Below, in pieces: positions 63,058 to 64,000 of a stretch of 64,000 nucleotides of DNA. The first letter of the stretch is position 1. Each line of letters begins with the position of its first letter. The notes beneath the pieces were generated by a model, which was not told where the DNA came from, did not search any database, and saw nothing but the letters and a program-made list of their open reading frames with translations. The translations under genes were made by a program, and so were the position numbers. This DNA comes from Bacteroidales bacterium UBA4893 (GTDB taxonomy: Bacteria > Bacteroidota > Bacteroidia > Bacteroidales > P3), in NCBI GenBank assembly GCA_002399025.1, contig DHCV01000027.1, forward strand, positions 1,023 to 65,022, read 5' to 3'.

Positions 63058-64000
63058 ATGAATACATTGGAGTATAAATTTTTTATTTCAGACTGTAAGA
63101 AGGCTTTAGAGAAAGGAAATGAAGTTGATATTAAATTTGATATTGACGATATTTGTCTTAAAACCTTTAGTAATTATGGTACTGCAAGGAAAAAAGCTGC
63201 AAATCTAACTCAAAAATATATAAATCATATTGATGAATTGCTGGTTTCTTTCGAAAAGAAATACAACGAAAATGGTGGAAAACTTAATTGGTCAATAGAT
63301 TATGATTCACTTTCTGAAGATATTATTAAGATATTAATTGATAGGAAAATTAAGGGAGTAAATCTTTTCGAAAGCAGGTTTGTTGAGGAGTTGGGATTAG
63401 CCAAAATTCTTAAAAATGAGGAAATAAGTATTAATCTTCAATCAAATAACTGTATAATTTTTGAACCAAGATATATAATTTCTCAAACAGGAAGCATGTA
63501 TTTGGTATTTAATTCTGCAATTGAAATGCAGCAGGTTTTGTCAGCAAACCTTAAAATTTTTGTCCTTCCAATTAATAGCATTTTAAAGAATATTGAAGAT
63601 GTTGAACTATTGTCCAAGCTCTATTCAATAAATAAAAATAAGGAAGAAAACCTACCTTTGACCACCTTTTATACACTAAAACCAAATGAAGAAAATAATG
63701 TAGAGCTATTTATAGTTGACAATGGAAGAACAAATCTCTTAGAGTCAAAGGAACATAGAAAAGCTCTAACTTGCATTGATTGTGATGCATGTAAAAAGGT
63801 TTGTCCGATTTATTCCTTGATAGGTGATATGCCTTATAATAACGTTTTCACAGGACCAATTGCAAATGTTGTTTTGCCTTTTTTGGAAACAGTTAATGGA
63901 TGTATGCATTTGAGTTTTAATTGTATTCTTTGTGGTAATTGCACCAAGGTTTGCCCAATGAATATACCATTAACCGACTTAATTATTGCAAATAGAAACA
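63058..64000 (+). CDS. LutB-like LUD-domain iron-sulfur protein, 3' end beyond the window
   Basis: Not in the ORF track because it has no stop. I translated from the ATG at 63058, and the frame stays open to base 64000 (MNTLEYKFFISDCKK...). It contains two ferredoxin-type motifs, CIDCDACKKVCPIY and CILCGNCTKVCPMN. Confidence 0.7.
   Translation, partial: MNTLEYKFFISDCKKALEKGNEVDIKFDIDDICLKTFSNYGTARKKAANLTQKYINHIDELLVSFEKKYNENGGKLNWSIDYDSLSEDIIKILIDRKIKGVNLFESRFVEELGLAKILKNEEISINLQSNNCIIFEPRYIISQTGSMYLVFNSAIEMQQVLSANLKIFVLPINSILKNIEDVELLSKLYSINKNKEENLPLTTFYTLKPNEENNVELFIVDNGRTNLLESKEHRKALTCIDCDACKKVCPIYSLIGDMPYNNVFTGPIANVVLPFLETVNGCMHLSFNCILCGNCTKVCPMNIPLTDLIIANRN

Noticed and set aside
1-64000. 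Search for tRNA, rRNA, tmRNA, transposase, integrase, restriction-modification, toxin-antitoxin or known defence-system genes
   Set aside because: Reading both strands, I recognised none. There are no T-loop/acceptor-like G+C-rich 70-90-nt islands and no proteins with recombinase, nuclease-helicase or ATPase defence signatures. The window looks like core chromosome plus envelope and pigment accessory genes.

Overview
This is 64 kb of a visibly AT-rich chromosome (roughly one-third G+C by eye, not computed). It reads as Bacteroidota: large secreted proteases carry T9SS C-terminal sorting domains, there is an UpxY-type NusG paralog, there is an ExbB/ExbD set with the usual extra membrane protein, and TAnnTTTG -7 promoter boxes sit upstream of genes. 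I call 57 protein-coding loci, 48 on the minus strand; one is frameshifted and one is cut by the window end. I recognised no rRNA, tRNA, CRISPR array, transposase, integrase or phage genes. The window falls into six blocks. (1) 599-14146 is a 17-gene aryl-polyene/flexirubin-type (type II PKS-like) pigment cluster headed by a MIO ammonia-lyase. (2) 14248-18682 holds an ECF sigma factor, an anti-sigma factor, a 712-aa beta-helix/beta-barrel outer-membrane protein and a small beta-barrel protein. (3) 19146-26996 is housekeeping (ygiD-like dioxygenase, serS, DUF2148, rdgB, dnaG) plus two unknown envelope proteins. (4) 27130-34136 holds two tandem giant M6 metalloproteases with T9SS tails. (5) 34512-50773 is housekeeping (tRNA methyltransferase, exbB-exbD-exbD, CNNM/CBS protein, lspA, dksA-like, envC-like, dsbD, exonuclease, mnmA, dnaE, queG). 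(6) 50788-64000 is a mixed block: YiiX-like, a frameshifted HU-like gene, secreted unknowns, a membrane-anchored AraC regulator, UpxY-sppA, hutU, an M28 peptidase, nadA, rpiB and a LutB-like Fe-S protein. The signal that annotated genes do not explain is non-coding. Eight of the longer intergenic spacers carry tandem arrays with a 21-22 bp (or 41-42 bp) period. These arrays are built from a shared, recombining vocabulary of ~10-bp words (for example AAAACGAAGAG, AGAATCAAGTT, TTAGTAAATT). They often end in an inverted copy that forms a hairpin. One array is four copies of a 15-bp perfect palindrome upstream of the ECF sigma operon. Other notable points are a DnaA-box cluster in the 490-bp nadA/rpiB divergent spacer (a candidate oriC-type element), an A7-run frameshift in the HU-like gene, promoter boxes abutting the ATGs of dnaG and mnmA (possibly leaderless mRNAs), and a pigment cluster that lacks a starter-activating ligase, an exporter and DarA/DarB within the window.
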